DNA of 62,664 nt, counting the filler. It is 6 parts of 6 records of this genome, joined end to end, with 100 filler letters (N's around TTAATTAATTAA, not from the genome) between each part and the next. Parts side by side here need not be neighbours in the genome. Positions count along the whole stretch, not along the records: positions 1 to 30,680 come from DRR723986_15255; 5 more parts are not named here. One strand, written 5' to 3'. How positions within the stretch are numbered: the stretch's first letter is position 1; each line of letters opens with the position of its first letter. Below the pieces are notes generated by a model. It made no database searches. It saw only the letters and a list, made by a program, of their open reading frames with translations, and was not told where the DNA came from. Positions 1-9,505 of the stretch are shown piece by piece. The position numbers were made by a program, and so were the translations under genes.

Positions 1-119
1 CGCTTCCAGTTCGGATTTAGCGTTTCTGCGCCTATTCGAGTCGGCTATTCATTGGGTGTGGCACGCTATACGTCCGTGCGATTCGCACAGCAAATGCCCT
101 CTAAGGCGCAAGCGAACAT

Positions 120-137
120 ATAGATAAATCCTATCTA
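120..137. promoter_or_regulatory. Candidate LysR-type operator (ATAG-N7-CTAT overlapping a TAGATA-N5-TATCTA inverted repeat)
   Basis: ATAGATAAATCCTATCTA at 120-137 in AT-rich non-coding DNA; fits the T-N11-A LysR box; no cognate regulator is visible. Confidence 0.3.
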
Positions 138-277
138 AACCAGCGTTTTATAGATCCCCCAAGCACCCTGCTGCGGCGTATCATTTCATTAGAGCTTGTA
201 GAGAGTTCCGAAGTGCGAACCGCGCACTTTTGGACAGGAAGCTCCACCTGGGAGCGTTTAAGCAGAGGGGTCAAGTC

Positions 278-622
278 ATGAATGTTCGGCTCTACTTCGG
301 TGATTCTGAGGCGTCGAGTGTATCTAATGGTGACGCCGCTGATATCCTTTCAGCCATTCTGCGTACACGTCTCGAAGTGCTTGCGTCAATTCGGATCAAC
401 ATTGCTCCGGCTGGCGGCAGTGCGGGAAAGCCGATCTACTCCGCCCAGATTCGCACAACTGCTCACCGTGAATTTCACGTGCAATCGTCTCCGAGGGCGC
501 ATGTGGCTGGCATCCAGGAAATTGGGCACAAGATTGCCGAAGAACTCCGCTTCTCGGCTGACTCGCGGCCGAATCTAGCTGATCCGGCGGTAGCAACAGA
601 GGCTCTCGCTGCGTCGACCTAG
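278..622 (+). CDS. Small hypothetical protein, possibly a degenerate HPF/RaiA (S30EA) fold
   Basis: ATG at 278 after GAGGGG; hydrophobicity pattern fits beta-alpha-beta-beta-beta-alpha (MNVRLYF...IRINIAP...YSAQIRT...EFHVQS...IGHKIAEELR). Confidence 0.4.
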   Translation: MNVRLYFGDSEASSVSNGDAADILSAILRTRLEVLASIRINIAPAGGSAGKPIYSAQIRTTAHREFHVQSSPRAHVAGIQEIGHKIAEELRFSADSRPNLADPAVATEALAAST

Positions 623-685
623 TAAGCCTGCAGCAGCATCCTCTCCGTAACGCGTGGGGTGACTCTCGACGACCGGCGACTTGCT

Positions 686-1942
686 TTACTGGATGCAATA
701 AAGCGTTTTGTCGCTTCGCAGGTATAGCTTGCCATCAGAGACGGCTGGGGATGCGTTGAAGTCGGAGTCATCCCCTTTGAACTGGTTCTGAGCAATCGGC
801 TCGAACTCGTCTCCGGGCTCGTAAACGATGGTCCCATTACGTCGCGTGACAACGTAGATCTTTCCACCGAAAAGCACCGGAGAGGCATAGACAGGGCGGC
901 CTGAGCCAACGTTTTCGACGCGGCTGCGATAAACGACTTCGCCATCTTCCGCAGATGTACAGTAGGCAATTCCGCGGTCGTCGATCCAGTAGAATTTTCC
1001 ATCGTGCAGCAGCGGCGTTGCTACGTAGGAACTGGTCCTGTTCGTCCAAATCGTATTCGTCTTGCTTGCGTCGTCCTTTCCTCCCGCCGTGAGAGCGATG
1101 CTACCTGAACCGCGGTAGCCACCAAAACTGTACACCGTTTTCCCATCGACAATCACGGAAGGACTAACATTGCCTGTCATCGGTGACTGGACGTACCACT
1201 TGAACGTTCCTTCGTCAGCGTCCATTCCCCAGATTTCACCGGGCACGCTAATCACCAACTCTTGCTCGTCACTGCCTAATTCAACGATTCTGGGCGTCCC
1301 GTAGGTGAGCTCCAGCATGCCGGCTTCCTGCTTCCAGCGCTCGGCACCGGTTTCTTTATCCAGGGCAATCAAGGATTTCGATTCCTCGGCCGCGTTGACG
1401 ATCACGAGGTCTTTGTGGAGCAGCACACTTGAACCGGAGCCCCACTGGCGATTGCTCGACTCTTTTCCAACATCGACACTCCAAAGCTTCTCTCCGTCCA
1501 TGTCCAGCGCGTGAACGCCTCCTTTGCCTAGGAAAACGAAGATTCGTTCCCCATCACTGGCAGGCGTGTTGCTCGCGTAGCCATGCTCGGTGATAAAGCC
1601 TTGGAAACGATCTTCGCGGTAGTCGATTGCAAAGTCTGTCGCCCACAGTTCGGCACCAGTGTCCTTGTCGAAACAGAGAACACTTCTCTTGGGATTTGCA
1701 TCGGAGGCCACGTAACAGGTCACGATAACACGATCGCCAACCACGATCGGGCTCGACGATCCAGACCCGGGTAGCGGCTTGCTCCACCCAAGGTTCTCAC
1801 TCTCGGACCACTGTACAGGCACCGTTTCAGTGCTCGTAGCTCGAAAGTCAGTCCCTAAGAATGCGGCCCAATCGTCCGCCAGCGTGGCATCTACTGTGCA
1901 GGTCGCGAGCAAGACTAGTGAGAGAACTACACGGTGCATCAT
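686..1942 (-). CDS. PQQ-binding-like beta-propeller protein (BamB-like, planctomycete type), secreted
   Basis: Signal peptide, DDWAAFLG start, SGSSSPIVVGD, YASNTPASDG, ASPAVSDGKLYLRS...LYCI end; GGAGAG RBS. Confidence 0.85.
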   Translation of the reverse strand: MMHRVVLSLVLLATCTVDATLADDWAAFLGTDFRATSTETVPVQWSESENLGWSKPLPGSGSSSPIVVGDRVIVTCYVASDANPKRSVLCFDKDTGAELWATDFAIDYREDRFQGFITEHGYASNTPASDGERIFVFLGKGGVHALDMDGEKLWSVDVGKESSNRQWGSGSSVLLHKDLVIVNAAEESKSLIALDKETGAERWKQEAGMLELTYGTPRIVELGSDEQELVISVPGEIWGMDADEGTFKWYVQSPMTGNVSPSVIVDGKTVYSFGGYRGSGSIALTAGGKDDASKTNTIWTNRTSSYVATPLLHDGKFYWIDDRGIAYCTSAEDGEVVYRSRVENVGSGRPVYASPVLFGGKIYVVTRRNGTIVYEPGDEFEPIAQNQFKGDDSDFNASPAVSDGKLYLRSDKTLYCIQ

Positions 1943-2183
1943 CGACTCTCCGTTAAAGTGCGTTTACGGGGCGGTGTATCGTCGCTCTTATAGGTTCATG
2001 CGAATTCGAGCCGCACATCGGGCCAAGGAACTTTGCAAAAACTCGCACACTTGCCAACGAATGCCACTTTCGAGAATTTTCGATTTCTTTTGGCCCCATG
2101 TTGAGACAGCTCACGCATTGCTTGTTGAGTCGGCAAGGATACCACCTGCCGCATCAAACCTCCATCTTGTCAGGAATCGAGCA

Positions 2184-2942
2184 ATGAAACGCAGTAGTCT
2201 CTTCGCAGTAGCAGCCATCCTTTGCACGGGTAGTATCGTCATGGCACAACGTCCTGGTGGCAGGGGCGGCATGCAGGGTGGACAACGTGGTGGGCAAGGT
2301 AATTTTGGTCAACAGCGTGGCAATATGCCTGGAGGAATGCAGGGTGGTCGGAATGGCCAAATGCCTGGTCAAGGTGGACCGCCGCCAAGCCCTATCGCAA
2401 TGGCCCTGGACACAAATCAAGACCAAGTGCTCAGCACCGAAGAACTGAAGAATGCACCGAATCTGCTCAAGACCTTTGACCAAGACAATGACGGCAATAT
2501 CACTCTGCAAGAGATGATGTCGCAGCAGATGCGTCAATTTGGTGATTCAGGAGGTCGCCCAGAGTTCGGACGGGGACGAGGTCCAGGACGACCACCCGAA
2601 CAGGGAGCAGAAGGACGCGAAGGTCAACAGCGCCGCGGTGGACCGGAAGGGCGCGGACCAGGCGGTGGGCCCGAGGGACGCGGTCCGGAAGGACGCGGCA
2701 ATGGCATGATGGTTCATCCGGAAAGAATGCAAGAACATGCGATGCAGTTTGATGCCGACAAAGACGGAAAACTTTCGGCCGCCGAGCTACAGAAGTTCAT
2801 CGCCGACTTTGCCCAGATGCACGGCGGTCAGCAGGGCGGTGCGCAACAGCGTGGTGAACAAAACGGTGCTGGGCGGCGCGGTGGCCGCAACTCTAGCGGA
2901 CTAGGAAACTCAAGCGGACGCCCACAACGCCCCAGCAAATAA
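2184..2942 (+). CDS. Secreted Gly/Gln/Arg-rich EF-hand protein
   Basis: Start reassigned to ATG 2184 (MKRSSLFAVAA signal peptide); EF-hand loops DTNQDQVLSTEE, DQDNDGNITLQE, DADKDGKLSAAE. Confidence 0.8.
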   Translation: MKRSSLFAVAAILCTGSIVMAQRPGGRGGMQGGQRGGQGNFGQQRGNMPGGMQGGRNGQMPGQGGPPPSPIAMALDTNQDQVLSTEELKNAPNLLKTFDQDNDGNITLQEMMSQQMRQFGDSGGRPEFGRGRGPGRPPEQGAEGREGQQRRGGPEGRGPGGGPEGRGPEGRGNGMMVHPERMQEHAMQFDADKDGKLSAAELQKFIADFAQMHGGQQGGAQQRGEQNGAGRRGGRNSSGLGNSSGRPQRPSK

Positions 2943-3070
2943 GAACTTCGTAGCTTAAATTGCCCTTGCGTGAGAAGGAAACGCCGCACTCGTACCGAAA
3001 TCGACGGTATCGAGTCGCGGTGTTTTTTGTGTTTACTCTCTCGCGTGCGTATTGCCCTTTTCTCTTGGGT

Positions 3071-3658
3071 TTACTCTTTCGTACTGAGTTTTCCCGATGA
3101 GGCAGGTGCAGCCTTAATCCAATCGATCTGCAATCTGAATTCACCCGGTTTCTTATCACCTAACAGCACTCCCATTCCAGCGATCTTTACCGGGTCGAGC
3201 TTCTCGCTGGGAAAGCGCCTTCCGCGCCAGGTTGCCACGAAGTTTTCCATTGGCAATCGGACCTCAACCCATTGATCACGCTTCGTCTTGAACGCTTGAC
3301 GGTAGGAGTATCCGCCCAGGTCGGACCGAGTGTAGAGGTTGAAATTGTATTCTCGACCGTCACCACGCACACGCAGCACGACGACATCACGCTGGTCAAC
3401 ATCTGGTCGATCAACTTGCCCTCGGACCGAAGCAAAACCGCCGTTATTCTCCAGTGACAGTGTCCCGTAAAATTCGAGGTTCTTCTCAAGGTTTATTTTC
3501 GCGCGCCCGGTAGAACGACCGCCCATAACACCATCGTTGACGGTCCGCCATTTCGCTGCTGTCCCGGGAGTTGCAAAATCGACCAAGACTCGCTCCTTGG
3601 CAATGGCGACATGACCGGTTAGTGGCAACAAGCAAAACAATGCAATCCTGAGAATCAT
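3071..3658 (-). CDS. CIA30 family protein (complex I intermediate-associated protein 30-like), secreted
   Basis: WRTVNDGVMGGRS, GTLSLENNGGFASVR, LRVRGDGREY, F-L-IDWIKA motifs; signal peptide. Confidence 0.9.
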   Translation of the reverse strand: MILRIALFCLLPLTGHVAIAKERVLVDFATPGTAAKWRTVNDGVMGGRSTGRAKINLEKNLEFYGTLSLENNGGFASVRGQVDRPDVDQRDVVVLRVRGDGREYNFNLYTRSDLGGYSYRQAFKTKRDQWVEVRLPMENFVATWRGRRFPSEKLDPVKIAGMGVLLGDKKPGEFRLQIDWIKAAPASSGKLSTKE

Positions 3659-4390
3659 GATCAAGTTTCCGAAAGGGCAGGTGGCTTGGACGTGTAGCTA
3701 TTATCGGTCCGTTCCAAGCCCCCCCCGCATGACCGACGTATCCGCGCCAACTCAGTCTTGCAGTTACCTCGGGTCTTGCCCGATTCACTCGTCACGGCTG
3801 CCGCGACATGCGTGGGCCTCGCATTGACAGCCGCTCAACAAGCTGCAGCTCAACACTTTACTGCACCAACCAAGAAACCGGTTGCAGTCTTCATCTGGCT
3901 TGGCTTCGCTAGGTGACGAAGAACGCGCCGAAGGCAAAGTCCGAGAACACCCTGGCGACCTTAAGGGGCGCAGACCACCGCTAAATTCATGCAGCCCTCA
4001 CTTGGCGTGCATAGCAACTGCCGCTCACCGGAACAAAAACTTGTATCCAATTAGGCATTCCTGCGCTTTTTCGGACGGCCGCTGGGCTGCCACGGGTTAC
4101 CGCAATGGAGAGTCGCGAGGCTGCGAATTCTTTGCCTCGCGCCCACCACGTGATAGTGTTCCTCCCGAGTGGTTGACGCGTCAATTTGTTATCGCCAAAG
4201 ACTCGTTTTACCCCTGAATTTATTGAAGATTCGTCCAATAGATATTTCGAATTAATCCATCGCTTTTTCGAATATCGCCCCGAACCGACCATTGCATTCC
4301 GGGTAGTCGGAAACTCATCGGCTCGATGCCGGCCAAACCAAAAATCAAGAACTTACACCGAACACCACACGAGAATGAAAAGGGAATTAG

Positions 4391-5449
4391 ATGACGGTTG
4401 TCGCCCACAACAAATCAGATGAAAACAAGAGCATCCTCGACATGGTTGACGGAATCGCCAGCGCGGTCGACTCAGCAGTGAGTGATATCGAAGCGATTAA
4501 CTCAGAGACGCGAGTCCTGGCCATGAACGCTCGAATCGAAGCCGCTCATGCCGGCACAAATGGAGCTGCTTTCGGCATCGTGGCTGAGCACATGCAGCAC
4601 CTGGCGCACAAGACTTCGTCGATCGCCAACGAGATGTCGATCCAAACCAGGGACCGCACTCCAGAGCTACGCAAGTACATCACAACGACCGTTCGCGGCG
4701 AACGCTTGAGCGATATTGCACTGACCAATATCGACCTCATCGATCGTAATCTCTACGAACGCACCTGCGACGTCCGTTGGTGGGCGACAGACAGCAGCCT
4801 AGTCGACGCACTGAAGCACAATACCCCCGAAGCGTACGAATACGCGTCGCACAGAATGGGCGTCATTCTCGGTGCTTACACGGTCTACTACGATCTGATT
4901 CTGTGTGACGCTGATGGAAGAATCGTAGCGAACGGTTTTCCAGATCGCTACCGTTGCCGAGGTGAAGATCAATCAAACGCGCAGTGGTTCCGCGGAGCCA
5001 TGGCCACTGCGTCAGGTGATGAATACGCGTTCCAATCTGCTCACCGCTCGTACTTGGTCGCCGATTCTCCAGCCCTGATCTACTCGTGCGCTGTCCGCGA
5101 TGAAGGCTCTAGTACTGGTAGACCCCTGGGAGCACTAGGAATCATCTTCAACTGGGAAGGCCTAGCTCAGCCAATCTTTGAAGCTATTCCAATTGAGACT
5201 ACCGATCTCGCCAAGACACGGTGCATGATTGTGTCTAGTGACGGGACGATTCTCGCCAGCAGCGGTCGAGAAGAAGTTGGTCAAAAGCTTAATTTGCGTG
5301 GCTTCGACAGAGTCCTTCACTACGGACGCGGCTTCTACGAAACAGTTTTTGAAGATCGAAAAGTGTTCGTTGGTCACGCCCGGGCCCCCGGTTTCGAAAC
5401 GTACTCAACAGGCTGGTACTCGCTCGTCATTCAAGACGAAACGGACTAG
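4391..5449 (+). CDS. Soluble methyl-accepting chemotaxis-like protein (N-terminal MCP hairpin + C-terminal Cache-like domain)
   Basis: VLAMNARIEAAHAGTNGAAFGIVAEHMQHLA = MCP signalling tip; IDRNLYERTCDVRWWATD; YDLILCDADGRIVA; no transmembrane helix. Confidence 0.8.
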   Translation: MTVVAHNKSDENKSILDMVDGIASAVDSAVSDIEAINSETRVLAMNARIEAAHAGTNGAAFGIVAEHMQHLAHKTSSIANEMSIQTRDRTPELRKYITTTVRGERLSDIALTNIDLIDRNLYERTCDVRWWATDSSLVDALKHNTPEAYEYASHRMGVILGAYTVYYDLILCDADGRIVANGFPDRYRCRGEDQSNAQWFRGAMATASGDEYAFQSAHRSYLVADSPALIYSCAVRDEGSSTGRPLGALGIIFNWEGLAQPIFEAIPIETTDLAKTRCMIVSSDGTILASSGREEVGQKLNLRGFDRVLHYGRGFYETVFEDRKVFVGHARAPGFETYSTGWYSLVIQDETD

Positions 5450-5530
5450 CCGCTTGTCACTCAGACGCATTAAATCGCCCAAAAACGTCTTACTTGAGCA
5501 ATCCCGTTCGACAGCTAGCGAGATGACACC

Positions 5531-6613
5531 ATGAATACCAGCAACGCGACGCTCATTGATACTCCCGCAGACGAAGACGGTGTATGCCTATCCTTGGTTC
5601 CACTCACCGGCGCAGAATTTCACGAGCCTATCATCGTCGACTCCGTTCCGTTCACGGCGGGAGCGAACCGACGATGCTCGCTTTCGATACAAAGTGGTGT
5701 AATATCTGGAGTTCACGCTGAGCTGGGGCAGTCGCGTCAAGGATTCTGGGTACGCGACTTGTCGAGCACCAATGGTACATTCGTCAACGGCAGAAGGATC
5801 GCTCAAATCACTGAAATTTGCGACGGCGATCGAGTCCAGTTTGGCGACGTCGTTTTTCAGGTGCAATCAACCGCTGTGCCAGACAATGGATTCGACGAAG
5901 CATTTGACCTAATCGTTGAACTCGAGCAATTTGATCGCTTGATGAGTCAGCGGCTGGTGGAACCGTCGTTTGATCCAGTCGTCAGTTTGTACGACGGCCA
6001 GGTGATCGGCCTTGAAGTACTCGCGCGGAGCGAACTGCTGGGTCTCAAAACACCAAAGGAAATGTTTACCGCCGCGGCGAAGTTGAATCTCGAAAGTGAA
6101 CTGAGTCGCCTACTCCGCTGGGAAGGCGTCGTCCATGCGCAGAACGTCCATCCGCAATTCAAACTGTTCTTGAACACGCATTCTGACGAGCTTGGCACTC
6201 CGGAGTTTCTCGACTCCGTCACACAAGTTCGCGACCTGGCTCCGTCGAGACCGATTATCGCCGAAATACCTGAACAAGGAATCGATAGCGAAGACCAACT
6301 ATCCCAACTGATCGCCGAACTTGACGACCTGGAAGTAGAGGTCTGTGTAGATGACTTTGCCGCAGATATGGACCTCGCCCGACGCCTGATTGCGACGCGA
6401 CCTGTGTACGCCAAGTTCGACATGTCTATCACGGGCGAGATTGCACAACAGAATCGTGCCAGCTTAGTAGACACTCGGCAACTGATTGTTGAAGCGAAAG
6501 CGGCCGGAATAAAATGCGTTGCCAAAGGAATCGAATCGCCACAAATGCTCTCCACCTGTAACGATATCGGATTCGACTTTGGCCAAGGCTACTACTTCGG
6601 TACTGGAAGATAG
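5531..6613 (+). CDS. FHA domain + EAL domain protein (EAL probably degenerate)
   Basis: FHA: ISGVHAEL...RDLSSTNGTFVNG; EAL: EVLAR, LFLN, EIPE, VDDF, AKFD, AKGIE, GQGYYF. Confidence 0.85.
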   Translation: MNTSNATLIDTPADEDGVCLSLVPLTGAEFHEPIIVDSVPFTAGANRRCSLSIQSGVISGVHAELGQSRQGFWVRDLSSTNGTFVNGRRIAQITEICDGDRVQFGDVVFQVQSTAVPDNGFDEAFDLIVELEQFDRLMSQRLVEPSFDPVVSLYDGQVIGLEVLARSELLGLKTPKEMFTAAAKLNLESELSRLLRWEGVVHAQNVHPQFKLFLNTHSDELGTPEFLDSVTQVRDLAPSRPIIAEIPEQGIDSEDQLSQLIAELDDLEVEVCVDDFAADMDLARRLIATRPVYAKFDMSITGEIAQQNRASLVDTRQLIVEAKAAGIKCVAKGIESPQMLSTCNDIGFDFGQGYYFGTGR

Positions 6614-6681
6614 CACCACTTCTTCAATATCCTGCACCCAAACTTTGGCCAAAATCTGGCGCTGATCTCACGGGGAAGGAT

Positions 6682-9237
6682 CTACTCAGCCGCCTCAAGT
6701 ATGAAGTACAGGTCACGGTAGGTGTCGACGTCGGGATAGCCGAGCGTTCCCGGTTGGATGAGCAATCGGTCCTGCATCGAATCTGGAAAAGCCGACGCGC
6801 GACGTGACGCGTCGACATCGAGGGTGTCGCTCATGTCGCGAATAAACACATCATCGAAGTGCACCGACGAACCGTCTCGACGAATCATATGACCGCTTGG
6901 GAACGGGTCAGCCTCCTTACCGCCTGGCAGGACATTCTTATTCGAAAGCGGTATGTTCCGCTTGACTCCCGGTTGCGCGGGATCATCAAAAAGCAACAGA
7001 AACGCATACGTCATATTGGGCTTGAGGTCGTACTGACTATCGCCTGACAGCTCCCAGCGCAAGTAATCGTTCGTCTCCAGGCCTTCCGGAATCACACCAC
7101 CGGAGGCGAGCATTGAGTGTTTGTACCGTTCGCCTTCAATAAAGTCGTCTGAGTAGTGTTTAAAGGGTCGGCGATTCGGTGTGTTAAAGTCATTTGGATC
7201 ATAGGGCCACGTAAAGGCGTACGTCGCCCAGCGAGGATTGCCCTGAGTCGTGCCGTTCTGATTGATTCGCGGCGTGCCCGAAACCTCTAACAACTGTAGC
7301 GATACTCTCGCGCCGCCCGGATCCCCACCGCCTTTGACATCCACGGGCTGAAGCCGCACCGTGATCGCTCCCAACTTGTAACCGGTGTCACCAGTTGTAA
7401 AAGTCTGCCCCAGATCTCGATCGCGATAGTAGTACCGGGCTTCACTCTCCGCCCGAATGGCTTTGTCACCGCGAGTCGGATCGGGATCATAAGCCAGTGT
7501 ATTCTCCTTTGTCGGTGGTCCTGTTCGTGCGGCATAGTAGCGAAAGCTGGTCGGACCTGTCTCATCACGCTGGGTCTGCTGAAGTCGAACCCGTGACCCA
7601 CTTGGCGGTCCATCGACCTTGCTCACTCGAAGTCCATCGGGGTGGACCAGCAGTCGAGCCCTTGAAAGTCGTTGCGGCTTCGAAGCAGACTCAAGCGCAA
7701 CCACTCGCTCTGGTGTTTCCAACTGCTCATTCATGGAGTACGGCAACCGCCAGAGTTTGGCACCAGACGAATCGGCGAAATACAAGTGACTTTCACTCAG
7801 CCGAGTCGGATCGCCGTCGGCCCAGAACGTATAGAAGGGATCCTTTGCGCGAAGTGGTCGACGCGCATAGTTGTGGTTGCGCTTGCTGCTGTGAGTAACT
7901 TGCTGGACCTTCTCCCAAGAAGCACCGCGGTCGGTACTCTGCCAAATCGTCATCTCCCCGCCGCCGTGATAGGACTGCGGTCCTGTCGTCGATGGTACGA
8001 AGACGCGCCACTTCCCGTCGTCGAGATAAAGGCTGCCCATGTCATAGTTGTGGTCTGTAGGACAGACCGTCGAAACTTGCCAGCGCTCGCCGTCCCAACT
8101 AACCACTTGGAAAGACCGTGGATCATTTGGAGGACCAGGCTCATGGCCGTTGCTGGTCACGTACAGTAGGACCGGGCGCCCCTGACTGTCAAAGTCCATT
8201 TCTTTCAAGTAAACACTCCGTTTCGTCGCCGCATAGTTGACAACTCGGGCTGGCGCATCGACTTGCGAAAGCGGCGTCGAGAGCGGATCGCCGCCCACGG
8301 TCGTCCACGTCTTTCCCATGTCGTCGGTTTGCATGTAGTACACGTCGGTGCGTCGATCCACGTTCCCACCAGGATGCCGATTAAAGAAAGTTCCAATGCG
8401 GTTTCCCTTGCGAGCACTCGTCTGGTAGTGGCCACCGCGTGAATCGCCGGGCTCGCGAATGCCAGCCAATTTGCGATCTTCGCTCCACGAACGCCCATCT
8501 CGACTGGTTTCCCAATACAGTTCTCGCACTCCGGTGTATTTGGTGAAAAGATGTAGACAGCCCTGCCCGGGAACAAAATGCGGTTGGGGGTAAGTCAACT
8601 CTTCCTCACTGGCGAGCTCGAAGCCAGCGTCGATGCTGAACGGCTCTCGGCTGCGATATTTATACCCAGGCCGCACTCGCCCACGCCCGCTGACAAACAC
8701 CCACAGATGCCCCGCATCATCTATCGCAAGACTAGGGTTGTCGTGAGGATCGTCGACCCCATTCTTATCGTGCACAACGATTGGTCGAGGCACTTTGCCG
8801 GTCGTATGATCGTAGTAAGAAATCATGCACAGCAAATAACGTTGGCTTGCATCTGTCGTGCCTCCATAAACGAAGAACGTCTTGTTCGCCTGCGGACTGT
8901 AGATGGCAAGTGGCGTGTGCTTGGCAGTGTAAGTCCCCAAACCGCCCGAATACTTGTCACCGAATGGAAAAGTTGGCTTCTTGCTTTTTTCGGCGTACGG
9001 CTTCTCGCCGGCGCCTGGACCGTAGTACTGCCCGAGCGAAAACCAAATCCCCTTATACCCATCAACTCTCCGCACCTGAGAACCAGAAGGCTCTTGTTGC
9101 GCAAGACCAGTTCGAACGCTTACGGCCGCGACAACCAGGACCAGCAAGAGCACAACGTTCGATCGCCCGCTTCGGGCGATGGAGCGACGATCTACCATTT
9201 CGCTCACAAGTCGATTCAACCTCTTCAACGCTGACAT
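6682..9237 (-). CDS. BNR-4/Asp-box repeat beta-propeller protein with an additional C-terminal domain
   Basis: DPHDNPSLAIDDAGHLWVF, TYPQ, Asp-boxes SRDGRSW, TDDMGKTW, STDRGASW; hydrophobic N-terminal segment; true start uncertain. Confidence 0.7.
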   Translation of the reverse strand: MSALKRLNRLVSEMVDRRSIARSGRSNVVLLLVLVVAAVSVRTGLAQQEPSGSQVRRVDGYKGIWFSLGQYYGPGAGEKPYAEKSKKPTFPFGDKYSGGLGTYTAKHTPLAIYSPQANKTFFVYGGTTDASQRYLLCMISYYDHTTGKVPRPIVVHDKNGVDDPHDNPSLAIDDAGHLWVFVSGRGRVRPGYKYRSREPFSIDAGFELASEEELTYPQPHFVPGQGCLHLFTKYTGVRELYWETSRDGRSWSEDRKLAGIREPGDSRGGHYQTSARKGNRIGTFFNRHPGGNVDRRTDVYYMQTDDMGKTWTTVGGDPLSTPLSQVDAPARVVNYAATKRSVYLKEMDFDSQGRPVLLYVTSNGHEPGPPNDPRSFQVVSWDGERWQVSTVCPTDHNYDMGSLYLDDGKWRVFVPSTTGPQSYHGGGEMTIWQSTDRGASWEKVQQVTHSSKRNHNYARRPLRAKDPFYTFWADGDPTRLSESHLYFADSSGAKLWRLPYSMNEQLETPERVVALESASKPQRLSRARLLVHPDGLRVSKVDGPPSGSRVRLQQTQRDETGPTSFRYYAARTGPPTKENTLAYDPDPTRGDKAIRAESEARYYYRDRDLGQTFTTGDTGYKLGAITVRLQPVDVKGGGDPGGARVSLQLLEVSGTPRINQNGTTQGNPRWATYAFTWPYDPNDFNTPNRRPFKHYSDDFIEGERYKHSMLASGGVIPEGLETNDYLRWELSGDSQYDLKPNMTYAFLLLFDDPAQPGVKRNIPLSNKNVLPGGKEADPFPSGHMIRRDGSSVHFDDVFIRDMSDTLDVDASRRASAFPDSMQDRLLIQPGTLGYPDVDTYRDLYFILEAAE

Positions 9238-9505
9238 TAGCTCTCTCGCGTAGCATAGTAGTAGGCAAATTCATCTGCGGCAGTCAATCACTTTGGGGTT
9301 CGCGGTTCCAGCGAAGCTCGCAACAAGCTCAACTGACTCAAGCTTGGCCACAGCACCCAAATTCAAACTTGGTCCGAACGAGCTTGAGGCCCTGGGGAGC
9401 CGTTTATGATATCGTATGGGCAAGATTATGTGGTGCCGACGTTGCAGGCGAACACAAAACAAACGCTTGTACCCAACTTTCAGCAAACAGTAAGTCCAAC
9501 AGACA

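Noticed and set aside
1779-2183. N-terminal extension of the EF-hand ORF in the track
   Set aside because: Overlaps the divergent gene; a signal peptide starts at ATG 2184
3925-4020. GGCAAA...GGGCGCAG...GCTAA upstream of the MCP/EAL genes, resembling a c-di-GMP-I or glycine riboswitch
   Set aside because: No GNRA-capped P2 or pairable P3, no CTCTCAGG, and ~400 nt from the start codon; an Infernal search would settle it
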